Counted from the first letter of the stretch, positions 8,675 to 15,780 are shown. The stretch is DNA of 20,000 nucleotides from an uncultured virus (IMG/VR IMGVR_UViG_3300046506_000102) (IMGVR_UViG_3300046506_000102), one strand, 5' to 3'. Notes: generated by a model not told the origin, from the sequence alone. Program-made: numbers and translations.

Positions 8675-9298
8675 CTAACCCCCAATCTCACGTGCATAAA
8701 GCGCCGCCGCCGCATCTTCGTCGATACCATTCGGCAACATCGTGGCTTGTGACGGCTGAACCGACTGCTCTTGTTTGAGCCAATGCGCGTTGTTGTCAGT
8801 CAACAATCCCTGATAGCGCATCATATTGCCAAGCGCGGCCAACTTGTCATGCAACGTGAACTTGATCTTTTTGCCACCGCGCGGCTTTTCTTCGATCTCG
8901 ATAGACTTGACCGCTTCCATCATTTCAGGCGTGCAATTAGCGAAATCGGGTTCGGGTTCGCCCCACTCGTTGATTTTGACGTAATTGCTGATGTTCGAAT
9001 ACGCGATGACGGCGTTTGCCTTCAACGTCCGCATAATCGAAATATCGTACAGTTCCGATAGCTCTTTCACCCGTTCAGCAATCGCAGCGCGGACCATGGG
9101 GCGCGCAAGCATCGCAACGGCCCGCTGATCCAATTCCCAAGGGAACGGCTGCTGTAGGACCGCTAGAAGCCGTTGGCCGGTCTTTTCCGCGATGCCCTCG
9201 ATATCCTTCACATACCCGTCAACGAACTTCCGTTCCCATTGGTCGATTTGACCATAGGCCGGGCGGAAATCCATCGGTGGCGTAATCGGCGCAAGCAT
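8675..9298 (-). CDS. terS: Phage terminase small subunit
   Basis: ERKFVDGY...AMLARPMVRAAIAER...RTLKANAVIAYSNI...KIKFTLHDKLAALGNMMRYQGL matches the typical TerS pattern; same strand as, and upstream of, terL. Confidence 0.82.
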   Translation of the reverse strand: MLAPITPPMDFRPAYGQIDQWERKFVDGYVKDIEGIAEKTGQRLLAVLQQPFPWELDQRAVAMLARPMVRAAIAERVKELSELYDISIMRTLKANAVIAYSNISNYVKINEWGEPEPDFANCTPEMMEAVKSIEIEEKPRGGKKIKFTLHDKLAALGNMMRYQGLLTDNNAHWLKQEQSVQPSQATMLPNGIDEDAAAALYAREIGG

Positions 9299-9305
9299 AG
9301 CCCTA

Positions 9306-9420
9306 GATATTGGCTATTCGTCCAATTTTGTCAATTTTGCCTGTTGACCATTGTTGACCGAACGGACCATCGCAATTAATTTCGCCTATTGACTGCCTAC
9401 TTTCCACGTGGTTGGGATAT
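9306..9420. promoter_or_regulatory. Divergent promoter region between terS and the plus-strand gene block
   Basis: Minus TTGACA at 9334-9329; plus TTGACC at 9344 and 9354 and TTGACT at 9389; 12-mer operator pair at 9368-9391; ACTTTCCACGTGG at 9399-9411. Confidence 0.6.
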
Positions 9421-9458
9421 TAACACAACGATAACAGTTATAGGCGAGTACCGAAATC

Positions 9459-9602
9459 ATGCGTTATACCATTGCGATCAGCGACGCGACCGGCCAAATC
9501 CACGTGTTTGATGAGAACGGGAACCCCTGCGGTGGACCGTACAAAGACGAAAAGAGCGCGAAACGTGGAATTCGTCGCTTGAAACGCAAAGAAAGAGATT
9601 GA
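9459..9602 (+). CDS. Microprotein (47 aa, MRYTIAISDATGQIHVFDENGNPCGGPYKDEKSAKRGIRRLKRKERD), paralog of the next gene's N-terminus
   Basis: Manual translation; shares CGGPYKxExSAKRxxRxL with 9663..10031. Confidence 0.75.
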   Translation: MRYTIAISDATGQIHVFDENGNPCGGPYKDEKSAKRGIRRLKRKERD

Positions 9603-9662
9603 CCAGAAACTTTCCACATGGTTAGTTTGCATCACCGTCAACCACCAGAGCGAGACATCGCA

Positions 9663-10031
9663 ATGACCAACTACATCATTACCAACGATCTGTTTGTTGT
9701 GAATTCCGACAACGTTGTTTGCGGCGGACCATACAAGAATGAAGAAAGCGCTAAGCGCCGCGTTCGCAATCTTCGGCAGAAAGACGCCGATGCGCTGGCA
9801 AATGTTGCCGCCTGCGATGCGCCCTCAACGGATTTCGAGACAAACCCGGTAACGGCCACTATCAAGCGCGCCCCCGAATTGCTCGAAACTGCCGCAACTT
9901 CCATCGCGCCGCCTGCCCTGCCCGATGCCGCGAAACTCGCTGCGCAGCATTCGCCATACGGCACAACGCCTGCCGGTGTTTATCCCGCGATCAGCAAGCG
10001 CGAACGTCGGCGGCAGTGGAATTACGCGTGA
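9663..10031 (+). CDS. Hypothetical phage protein (122 aa, MTNYII...)
   Basis: GAGA-type RBS; promoter TTGACC at 9599; Ala/Pro-rich C-terminal half. Confidence 0.72.
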   Translation: MTNYIITNDLFVVNSDNVVCGGPYKNEESAKRRVRNLRQKDADALANVAACDAPSTDFETNPVTATIKRAPELLETAATSIAPPALPDAAKLAAQHSPYGTTPAGVYPAISKRERRRQWNYA

Positions 10032-10114
10032 CGCTTTACACCGCGTATCCATTCATCGTGATCGGGGCATTCTGTGCCCTGATCTACGCAACCCACTAAT
10101 CAGGCACAACGCCA

Positions 10115-10294
10115 ATGATCGCGCGCAATATCTATCGTTATCGCAATACGCTTTACGTTGAACGTTTGTTCGAAGCGCACGCGGTTAACTATTGGGCGAA
10201 CTACCTGCGCAAGCATATTGCGGCGATCGTTCGGCAGGAAGGGCGAAAACATGCTAATCAATGGCGTTCTTTATATGTCGCCACGCGAGGTTGA
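10115..10294 (+). CDS. Hypothetical microprotein (59 aa, MIARNIYRY...)
   Basis: Manual translation; fills the operon gap; overlaps the start of the next ORF. Confidence 0.45.
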   Translation: MIARNIYRYRNTLYVERLFEAHAVNYWANYLRKHIAAIVRQEGRKHANQWRSLYVATRG

Positions 10295-10517
10295 AGCGAG
10301 CGCGAAGTTTGGCAACCGCATTGCTGCAAGGATCAGCAATGGCAAGCCGATCAAGGCCAATAGCACCTTGCGACATGCGATAATGTTCAACGGTCACGAA
10401 CACGCTGTTAACCTCGCATCGCAAATCATGGGTATCAGCTTTGCGGACGCTAGGCAGCACATCGAAAACCTCGCCAAAACCAGAAGCATCGATATCGTAT
10501 CACCGCATTGCAAGTAA
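10251..10517 (+). CDS. Hypothetical phage protein (88 aa, MLINGVLY...)
   Basis: GGAAGGG RBS before ATG 10251. Confidence 0.6.
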   Translation: MLINGVLYMSPREVEASAKFGNRIAARISNGKPIKANSTLRHAIMFNGHEHAVNLASQIMGISFADARQHIENLAKTRSIDIVSPHCK

Positions 10518-10530
10518 GCGAGTAGCAACA

Positions 10531-10653
10531 GTGAGACCAACCGACTTCTTGAAATTCTGGCGGACTGTTAATGCGTTGCTCGCAACACGCGGATTGCCTG
10601 AATTGAACTACGGTGAAGCGCGCGGCTATTACAACGAGTATCAAGCGCGCTGA
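10531..10653 (+). CDS. Hypothetical microprotein (40 aa, MRPTDFLKFW...)
   Basis: GTG start after GAG; followed by a terminator. Confidence 0.55.
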   Translation: MRPTDFLKFWRTVNALLATRGLPELNYGEARGYYNEYQAR

Positions 10654-10679
10654 TCCGGACGCCCTGCCCGATCATGATC

Positions 10680-10709
10680 AACCCCGGCTAACAACCGGGG
10701 TTTTTCTTT
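10680..10709 (+). terminator. Intrinsic terminator of the CTAAC-loop hairpin family
   Basis: AACCCCGG-CTAACAA-CCGGGGTT then TTTCTTT. Confidence 0.8.
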
Positions 10710-10724
10710 GCGCGCGACCGGACG

Positions 10725-10990
10725 CGTTTCCATAATTTCGAACGCTGTAATTTCCACAATTATGGACGCGGTGATTTTCCTAATCTCTATTAGATCATAG
10801 AATAGATACATATGTATTTATCGTAATTTTACATAAATATCTATTATACCTATTCTATCTATACTTATCTATACTTCTTTTCTATTTTTCTAGATGCGAA
10901 TGTAAATGAGAGCTAGTTTCCATAATTATACAAAATTACAACAACGATAAATGATTTACCGCAGCCATAAATTATGGAGAATTATGGAGC
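10725..10990. other. AT-rich non-coding locus with repeats; candidate replication origin or packaging site
   Basis: Core ~10780-10955 is far more AT-rich than the rest of the window; 9-mer TCCATAATT at 10729 and 10919 and its complement AATTATGGA at 10758, 10970 and 10980; tandem ATCTATACTT at 10857 and 10867. Confidence 0.55.
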
Positions 10991-11102
10991 GCAGTGGAGA
11001 ACGGTGGAGCATGCGAACGATTTAGACCACGTGGAAAGTTTTGCTTGACCGGCAGCGATTGTGCGGCATAATTGCCAATCTATAATCACTTGCCGGGGAA
11101 AC

Positions 11103-11597
11103 ATGACCGCCGCACTAGAGACATTCCACGAAGCGACGTTGACGCTTTCTGTTGATCAGATGCGCAAATCAACGTGCGTCTATGCTCATTACGTGATGCC
11201 AGAAAACACGCTGTTCTTTATCGGCGTGTGCAAGCTGACCGACGTTTACAGGCATCCGGACGCATTTCGCAATCACCATTGGATTGAGACCGTCAAGGAT
11301 GACACGGTTATCAGAACCGTTGTTGTTCAAGCATCGCTGCAACCGATCGATTGCGTTCGATATCAAAACAATTTGGTGAAGCAGTATCGACCGATTTGCA
11401 ACGTGGTCGGGCAACGCATCGCGGGCAGATTTGTAATCACGTGCCTTGAAGGCCCGAACGCTGGCAAGACCTACACCACCACCACACAAGCCGCATACGA
11501 AAACGGCATGTCACAGCCAACGCTATCCAATCACCTGAACGGACGGCGCGGCTATGAAACCGTCCGAGGAATGAAATTCAAACGAGGTTTGGCTTAG
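11103..11597 (+). CDS. Degenerate GIY-YIG-like protein with C-terminal NUMOD1-like helix-turn-helix
   Basis: CVYAH...FFIG; QNNLVKQYRPICN at the usual E-x-x-LI-x-x-Y-x-P-x-x-N position; ITCL...GKTYTTTTQAAYENGMSQPTLSNHLNG...GMKFKR. GGGGA RBS; promoter TTGACC 11045 / CATAAT 11067. Confidence 0.7.
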   Translation: MTAALETFHEATLTLSVDQMRKSTCVYAHYVMPENTLFFIGVCKLTDVYRHPDAFRNHHWIETVKDDTVIRTVVVQASLQPIDCVRYQNNLVKQYRPICNVVGQRIAGRFVITCLEGPNAGKTYTTTTQAAYENGMSQPTLSNHLNGRRGYETVRGMKFKRGLA

Positions 11598-11598
11598 C

Positions 11599-11868
11599 AT
11601 GACAACCGCACCGAGCAATACCGGCCCGTATTTGACAACTGTGATCATTCAAGGTGTTCCAACTACGCTAGAGCAATGGCGCACACTACCGACGTTGCGG
11701 TTTCGATCGTTCAACGATTTAACCGCTTTGCAATCATCGCCGCCCTGCCCCGGTATTATGAGTTACGCAAGAGCAAACGGAGCGCCGTTTGCCGTTGTTG
11801 TCACCAACTATCGACGGCGCGACGTTTACCGCGCTGTGATCCGCGTTCCGATGTGGTCTCAACGATGA
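11599..11868 (+). CDS. Hypothetical phage protein (89 aa)
   Basis: Directly follows the previous stop; ATGA overlap with the next gene. Confidence 0.6.
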   Translation: MTTAPSNTGPYLTTVIIQGVPTTLEQWRTLPTLRFRSFNDLTALQSSPPCPGIMSYARANGAPFAVVVTNYRRRDVYRAVIRVPMWSQR

Positions 11869-12074
11869 CAACCGCACCGAGCAACCCACACCCCGATTAC
11901 ATCACCGTCATGTTGCTAGGCAGCGGCTATGCCGCCGTCCATATGCGCTTCTATGAAGACATGAACGGTTATGACGTTCAGCAAACCGGCATCGGTCGAT
12001 ACGTCCAAAAGAAAGCCGCGATCACCGAAGCCCGCATGTGGTCCGCCAGCGATGAAATCAAGTTGAGGCTGTGA
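11865..12074 (+). CDS. Hypothetical phage protein (69 aa, MTTAPSNPHP...)
   Basis: ATGA overlap; same first 20 nt as 11599. Confidence 0.65.
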   Translation: MTTAPSNPHPDYITVMLLGSGYAAVHMRFYEDMNGYDVQQTGIGRYVQKKAAITEARMWSASDEIKLRL

Positions 12075-12076
12075 CC

Positions 12077-12202
12077 ATGCTAATCCCAAATCACACACTG
12101 AGCGATTTGATGGCGAACGCGATCTTATTTGCGTTCGGTCTACTCACCGAGCCGGTTTTTTGGCTTGTCGCAGTTTTCGCATTAATGTGGTTCATGCCGT
12201 GA
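12077..12202 (+). CDS. Membrane micropeptide (41 aa, MLIPNHTLSDLMANAILFAFGLLTEPVFWLVAVFALMWFMP)
   Basis: GAGG RBS; hydrophobic; GTGA overlap downstream. Confidence 0.55.
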   Translation: MLIPNHTLSDLMANAILFAFGLLTEPVFWLVAVFALMWFMP

Positions 12203-12389
12203 CACGACTGGATTTGACCAATCATCAGGTTATCGCGTTGTACGTTGCCTAGATATGGTCCTTTCAATTCAAGGATCAATCAAGCGCGGTGACAAAGATC
12301 ATCCCCGGTTGTGTGAGATCAGCGCGAAGCTGTTGCCGTTCGCCAATCGGTTAAAGCAAGAGCGACGCAATAAGGACAGATCACGATGA
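12199..12389 (+). pseudogene. Small gene apparently split by a 1-nt deletion at ~12249 (or a sequencing error)
   Basis: Adding one C (GCC CTA GAT ATG) joins GTG 12199 to TGA 12389 as a 63-aa ORF with 4-nt overlaps at both ends. Confidence 0.5.
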
Positions 12390-12601
12390 CAACAACAATC
12401 ATTCGGACAAACGTTGAAGGATGGCCCGTCAATCCGGTCACGCTCAACGATGATGAAACCGGGCTGATCATCACCAACGAAACGCGCGTTGCTATTATCA
12501 AGCTACTCGGAAAGCTGTCACCGAACGACATGACAGGACGCGGTTTGACCGATCGTGAAGCCACTTTGATTTCGCAGCTATGGCATAAGGTGCAAACATG
12601 A
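12386..12601 (+). CDS. Hypothetical phage protein (71 aa)
   Basis: AAGGA RBS; ATGA overlap with the next gene. Confidence 0.7.
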   Translation: MTTTIIRTNVEGWPVNPVTLNDDETGLIITNETRVAIIKLLGKLSPNDMTGRGLTDREATLISQLWHKVQT

Positions 12602-12996
12602 CAAGCACAGCAGACAGGCGCACGGCTTGGCAGGAAGCAGCGATTGCATGGGCGTGTTGCGCATCGATCCATCGCGAGTATGCAAAGGGCCGCGATCCGC
12701 TCTTTACAACGCGACAAGCCGATTACGTGAAGCACGAACAGCACGCGCGGGAAATGGATCAACGCGATTTGCACGCATCACCGGGAAGCCCCGATATTGT
12801 CATTGTTGCCAATGATCCGGGCGACGTGAAAGATTTTCTAGTAGGACACTTGCGCGAACAAGCATCGATCCGCCGACGACAAGCAGCGCTTGCGAGGATA
12901 AAGACCGATGCGCGATATTACACCGGAATTGCTAACAACCTAGATTTCATCGCCAATCAGTTAGCGCGGGCAACGATGCGAGGCGACGGCGAATAA
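12598..12996 (+). CDS. Hypothetical phage protein (132 aa)
   Basis: AAGGTG RBS; coupled start. Confidence 0.72.
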   Translation: MTSTADRRTAWQEAAIAWACCASIHREYAKGRDPLFTTRQADYVKHEQHAREMDQRDLHASPGSPDIVIVANDPGDVKDFLVGHLREQASIRRRQAALARIKTDARYYTGIANNLDFIANQLARATMRGDGE

Positions 12997-13071
12997 TCGC
13001 TTGACCATGTGGTAAGTTTGTGCGATCGTCCGCCCGCTCACTTAGCCATGGGCAGGACGTTGGGAAGGTGG

Positions 13072-13111
13072 AATGCCGCCAGTGTGTCGCCGCACTGGCG
13101 GCATTTTCTTT
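13072..13111 (+). terminator. Intrinsic terminator
   Basis: AATGCCGCCAGTG...CACTGGCGGCATT 13-bp stem then TTCTTT. Confidence 0.8.
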
Positions 13112-13146
13112 GTTGACCACATGGTTAGATCGTGAGACTATTTCAC

Positions 13147-13232
13147 GGTTCGGAGTGGTTTCCTTGGCTACACCGGGCGTTTCCTCCCTTAGACTTTCAA
13201 CCCCGCGCACCCCAATGCGCGGGGTTTTTTTT
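13147..13232 (+). ncRNA. alpha-r8 / MmgR (suhB)-like small RNA
   Basis: Own promoter (TTGACC 13113, 17 nt, GACTAT 13136); 5' hairpin with TCCTT loop; core GGGCGTTTCCTCCCTTAGACTT (13175-13196) matching the recalled family core GGGUGUUUCCUCCCUAGACUU; terminator AACCCCGCGCA-loop-TGCGCGGGG-T8. Confidence 0.75.
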
Positions 13233-13284
13233 ATCTGTAACAAGCATCCCGAACGGATTGTAACAATCCGTGATGCACCATCGC

Positions 13285-13339
13285 TTGACCATCGCAATTA
13301 TCATCGCTATAAACAACGCATCAACACGGAGCGGCGACG
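13285..13339 (+). promoter_or_regulatory. Repeated promoter plus leader, copy 3
   Basis: TTGACC-atcgcaattatcatcgc-TATAAA-caacgcatcaacacGGAG. Confidence 0.85.
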
Positions 13340-13495
13340 ATGACAAAGCGGCAGATTACCATTCGGTTCACCACCGATAAGAACGGAAAACCCCGTGCCC
13401 ATTATTGGGGTTTGGCCCGCCGTTGGTTGCCGATCGGCATTGACGAAGCAAAGTTGAAGATCGCAACCGGCGAAGCCGTGGAACAGGAAAAGTAA
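13340..13495 (+). CDS. Microprotein (51 aa, MTKRQITIRFTTDKNGKPRAHYWGLARRWLPIGIDEAKLKIATGEAVEQEK), paralog of 18362..18586
   Basis: GGAG RBS after promoter copy 3; not in the ORF track; aligns with 18362..18586. Confidence 0.8.
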   Translation: MTKRQITIRFTTDKNGKPRAHYWGLARRWLPIGIDEAKLKIATGEAVEQEK

Positions 13496-13499
13496 TCCA

Positions 13500-13757
13500 A
13501 TGCACACGCGCAGCAGCCAGAACAAAACCACCGGCAAATTCACCGTTACGGTTTGGGATTGGAACGGCGTTGAGTGCTTTCGGGGCGAGTTTACGGACGT
13601 GATCGATGCTGACCGGGCAGCGCAGCGCGAAGAACGGACCATGACGCTGCGGATGCAGGAAACCCCGGACGGTCATTCGGCCCGTCGCTACTTCGAGACC
13701 ATCGAAGATGACAACAGCATCAGCGATGACGAATTGCTGAAACTCTTGGAAGAATAA
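13500..13757 (+). CDS. Hypothetical phage protein with acidic C-terminus (85 aa)
   Basis: AGGA RBS; operon packing. Confidence 0.75.
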   Translation: MHTRSSQNKTTGKFTVTVWDWNGVECFRGEFTDVIDADRAAQREERTMTLRMQETPDGHSARRYFETIEDDNSISDDELLKLLEE

Positions 13758-13769
13758 GGAACCGCTCCT

Positions 13770-14126
13770 ATGAACTTCGAACCCGGCAAGACCTATTCCA
13801 CCCGCTCAATCGGCGATCACAACTGCATCATCAGCGTGACGATCGCCAAGCGGACGGCAAAGACCGTCACGACCACGGAGGGCAAAACCTTCCGCGTCAG
13901 CCTGTACGATGGCAACGAGCAAATCCGCCCGTGGGGCAACTACAGCATGGCCCCAATCATTGGCGCGGATGACAAAGACTTGTCGCGCGTGATCCACCCG
14001 GCCATTCATGAAGCCGCCGAACGCGACAACCGCGAGTATGACGCGCTGTTGCAGACGATCGGCAAGGCTGTAACCGAGCGATCGGGCAACGTTGTCAATC
14101 TCGCCGATTACCGCAAGGCGTCCTGA
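13770..14126 (+). CDS. Hypothetical phage protein (118 aa)
   Basis: AAGGA RBS; C-terminal NVVNLADYRK tail. Confidence 0.8.
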   Translation: MNFEPGKTYSTRSIGDHNCIISVTIAKRTAKTVTTTEGKTFRVSLYDGNEQIRPWGNYSMAPIIGADDKDLSRVIHPAIHEAAERDNREYDALLQTIGKAVTERSGNVVNLADYRKAS

Positions 14127-14128
14127 CC

Positions 14129-14296
14129 ATGCGTTGCCCGGAATGCGGTTCGGTTTGCTGGCGAAACGAAATTGATGTTGGCGTTGGCATCGTTTCCGAT
14201 GAATGGAAATGCACTGAATGCGAATGGGATGAAAATCAAGCGTTCCCAATGAGCGCTGAAAATTGGGAAGATTTTTTGCGCACCAACGATAACTAA
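14129..14296 (+). CDS. Small zinc-ribbon protein (55 aa, MRCPECG...WKCTEC...)
   Basis: Manual translation; two CxxC motifs; AAGG RBS; exactly fills the gap before promoter copy 4. Confidence 0.75.
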   Translation: MRCPECGSVCWRNEIDVGVGIVSDEWKCTECEWDENQAFPMSAENWEDFLRTNDN

Positions 14297-14300
14297 CCGC

Positions 14301-14356
14301 TTGACCATCGCAATTATCATCGCTATAAACAACGCATCAGATACGGAGTTGACGCG
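14301..14356 (+). promoter_or_regulatory. Repeated promoter plus leader, copy 4
   Basis: TTGACC-atcgcaattatcatcgc-TATAAA-caacgcatcagatacGGAG. Confidence 0.85.
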
Positions 14357-14623
14357 ATGACCAACGAACAGATGAAGCCCGGCCGGTTCCTCAAACTGCA
14401 CAAGGCCCGCCGCATGTTCCGGTTCATCCTTGGCAACTTGGACGCTGGCAATTCGGTTTCCCTGACCACCTACACCCGCAGCGTAAATTACAAGGCGAAG
14501 CACCGCGCGATGTTCAAGCTTGTTGGTTCGTCCGTGTATGTTCAGCGCGGCAAGGCTTGGGATTGCATCGATGGTTGCCGCATCACCGCGTTCGGCGATA
14601 CTAACAAGTTGGTGCCCGCATGA
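14357..14623 (+). CDS. Hypothetical basic phage protein (88 aa)
   Basis: GGAG RBS after promoter copy 4. Confidence 0.8.
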   Translation: MTNEQMKPGRFLKLHKARRMFRFILGNLDAGNSVSLTTYTRSVNYKAKHRAMFKLVGSSVYVQRGKAWDCIDGCRITAFGDTNKLVPA

Positions 14624-14687
14624 TCACCGAGACACCACAACAAACCGCCGAACGCCTATTGCGCGAATTCTTCAAGGGGAAATGACC

Positions 14688-14888
14688 ATGGGTAAACGCC
14701 CGGTTCGGAACGGCCCGCCCGACACAAGCAAAGCATGGGTTGCGGGATGGGACGCGAGCATAACGTTTGAAAGCAACCCGTATAAGCGGCGCGACTATTC
14801 GCGAGCGTTCGAAAGCGGACGGTTGCACGGCAAACGATCGAACGCGAACGATGTTGCAATCTTGAACCGGATGCTTGCGCGCAGATGA
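14688..14888 (+). CDS. Hypothetical protein with weak ribosome-modulation-factor-like pattern (66 aa)
   Basis: GGGGA RBS (start 14682 or 14688); AWVAGWDA...NPY...RAFESGR. Confidence 0.6.
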   Translation: MGKRPVRNGPPDTSKAWVAGWDASITFESNPYKRRDYSRAFESGRLHGKRSNANDVAILNRMLARR

Positions 14889-15085
14889 CAAAGGTTTGCA
14901 CATACGACAACCCCGCGACGATGGCGCGCGAATGTTGGTCGGACGGTGTTTTGCGTTATTCGTATTCCGTTACGCTGTTGGAAAGTTCCAAACCCATCTC
15001 ATCCAAACATTTTTTCTTTGGTGCCAACATCGGCCCGTGGAAGACCGGCCAACTTGTCGGCGATAGCGAAGCCATGCGCAAATGA
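14885..15085 (+). CDS. Hypothetical phage protein (66 aa)
   Basis: ATGA overlaps at both ends. Confidence 0.7.
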   Translation: MTKVCTYDNPATMARECWSDGVLRYSYSVTLLESSKPISSKHFFFGANIGPWKTGQLVGDSEAMRK

Positions 15086-15306
15086 CCACTACCGGCTATT
15101 ACGTGACCGTACAGCGCGACGGCAAAACCGGTTGGCTGTTCGGCCCGATCGCGGATCACAACGTTGCAATGGCCTTCGTTGAGCCGGTGCGCGCCCTCGC
15201 CTGCCGCATTGATCCGTGGTGCGACTTCGACGCGTTCGGCACATCATCCATCACCACAACAGGCGCCCTGCCCGTTGGTCGTTTAAACGATAGGTGGCAA
15301 GCGTGA
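15082..15306 (+). CDS. Hypothetical phage protein (74 aa)
   Basis: ATGA overlap at start; GTGA overlap at end. Confidence 0.72.
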   Translation: MTTTGYYVTVQRDGKTGWLFGPIADHNVAMAFVEPVRALACRIDPWCDFDAFGTSSITTTGALPVGRLNDRWQA

Positions 15307-15506
15307 TCCGGTATGAAATCGATCTAAGGCAACGCAGCGGAAAATGGGTTCCGCAATGCGAGCGCAACACGCAAGATGAAATCAACGCCGAATGGTACCG
15401 CATAACGGAAACCATGAAACGCCGCTTGCGCGAAAACCGAAAGACGTTGCGTTGCACCAAGATTGAAAACGGCACGCGCACCATTCTTGCGAATTACGTT
15501 CCGTGA
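15303..15506 (+). CDS. Hypothetical basic phage protein (67 aa)
   Basis: GTGA overlap with AGGTGG RBS; ends before promoter copy 5. Confidence 0.65.
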   Translation: MIRYEIDLRQRSGKWVPQCERNTQDEINAEWYRITETMKRRLRENRKTLRCTKIENGTRTILANYVP

Positions 15507-15521
15507 TCGCAAAATAACCGC

Positions 15522-15579
15522 TTGACCATCGCAATTTTCATCGCTATAAACAACCGTATCGACAACGGAGCGATGACCA
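15522..15579 (+). promoter_or_regulatory. Repeated promoter plus leader, copy 5
   Basis: TTGACC-atcgcaattttcatcgc-TATAAA-caaccgtatcgacaacGGAG. Confidence 0.85.
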
Positions 15580-15780
15580 ATGGCTAAGGCAAGTGTGATT
15601 GTGACGATCAAGGAAACGAAGAACGGCTTTGGTGAAAAGGCATTCAAGTTCGGAACGCCTTCGGTCTATCGCAAGGGTGAAATCAGCTACACGCTGAATA
15701 GCTGGAAATCCAAGACCGAAGCGAAGCGGGTTGCCCGCCGCGAATACGGCAAAACCCCCGTTCGGTTTGTCGAAGCCTGA
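15580..15780 (+). CDS. Hypothetical Lys-rich phage protein (66 aa)
   Basis: GGAG RBS after promoter copy 5. Confidence 0.78.
   Translation: MAKASVIVTIKETKNGFGEKAFKFGTPSVYRKGEISYTLNSWKSKTEAKRVARREYGKTPVRFVEA

Noticed and set aside
12214..12246. TTGACC at 12214 as a promoter
   Set aside because: No credible -10 at 16-18 nt spacing; lies in the frameshifted ORF.
12947..13343. ORFs 12947..13297(-) and 13020..13343(+)
   Set aside because: They cross two terminators and several promoters and lack an RBS; the region is better explained as non-coding RNA.
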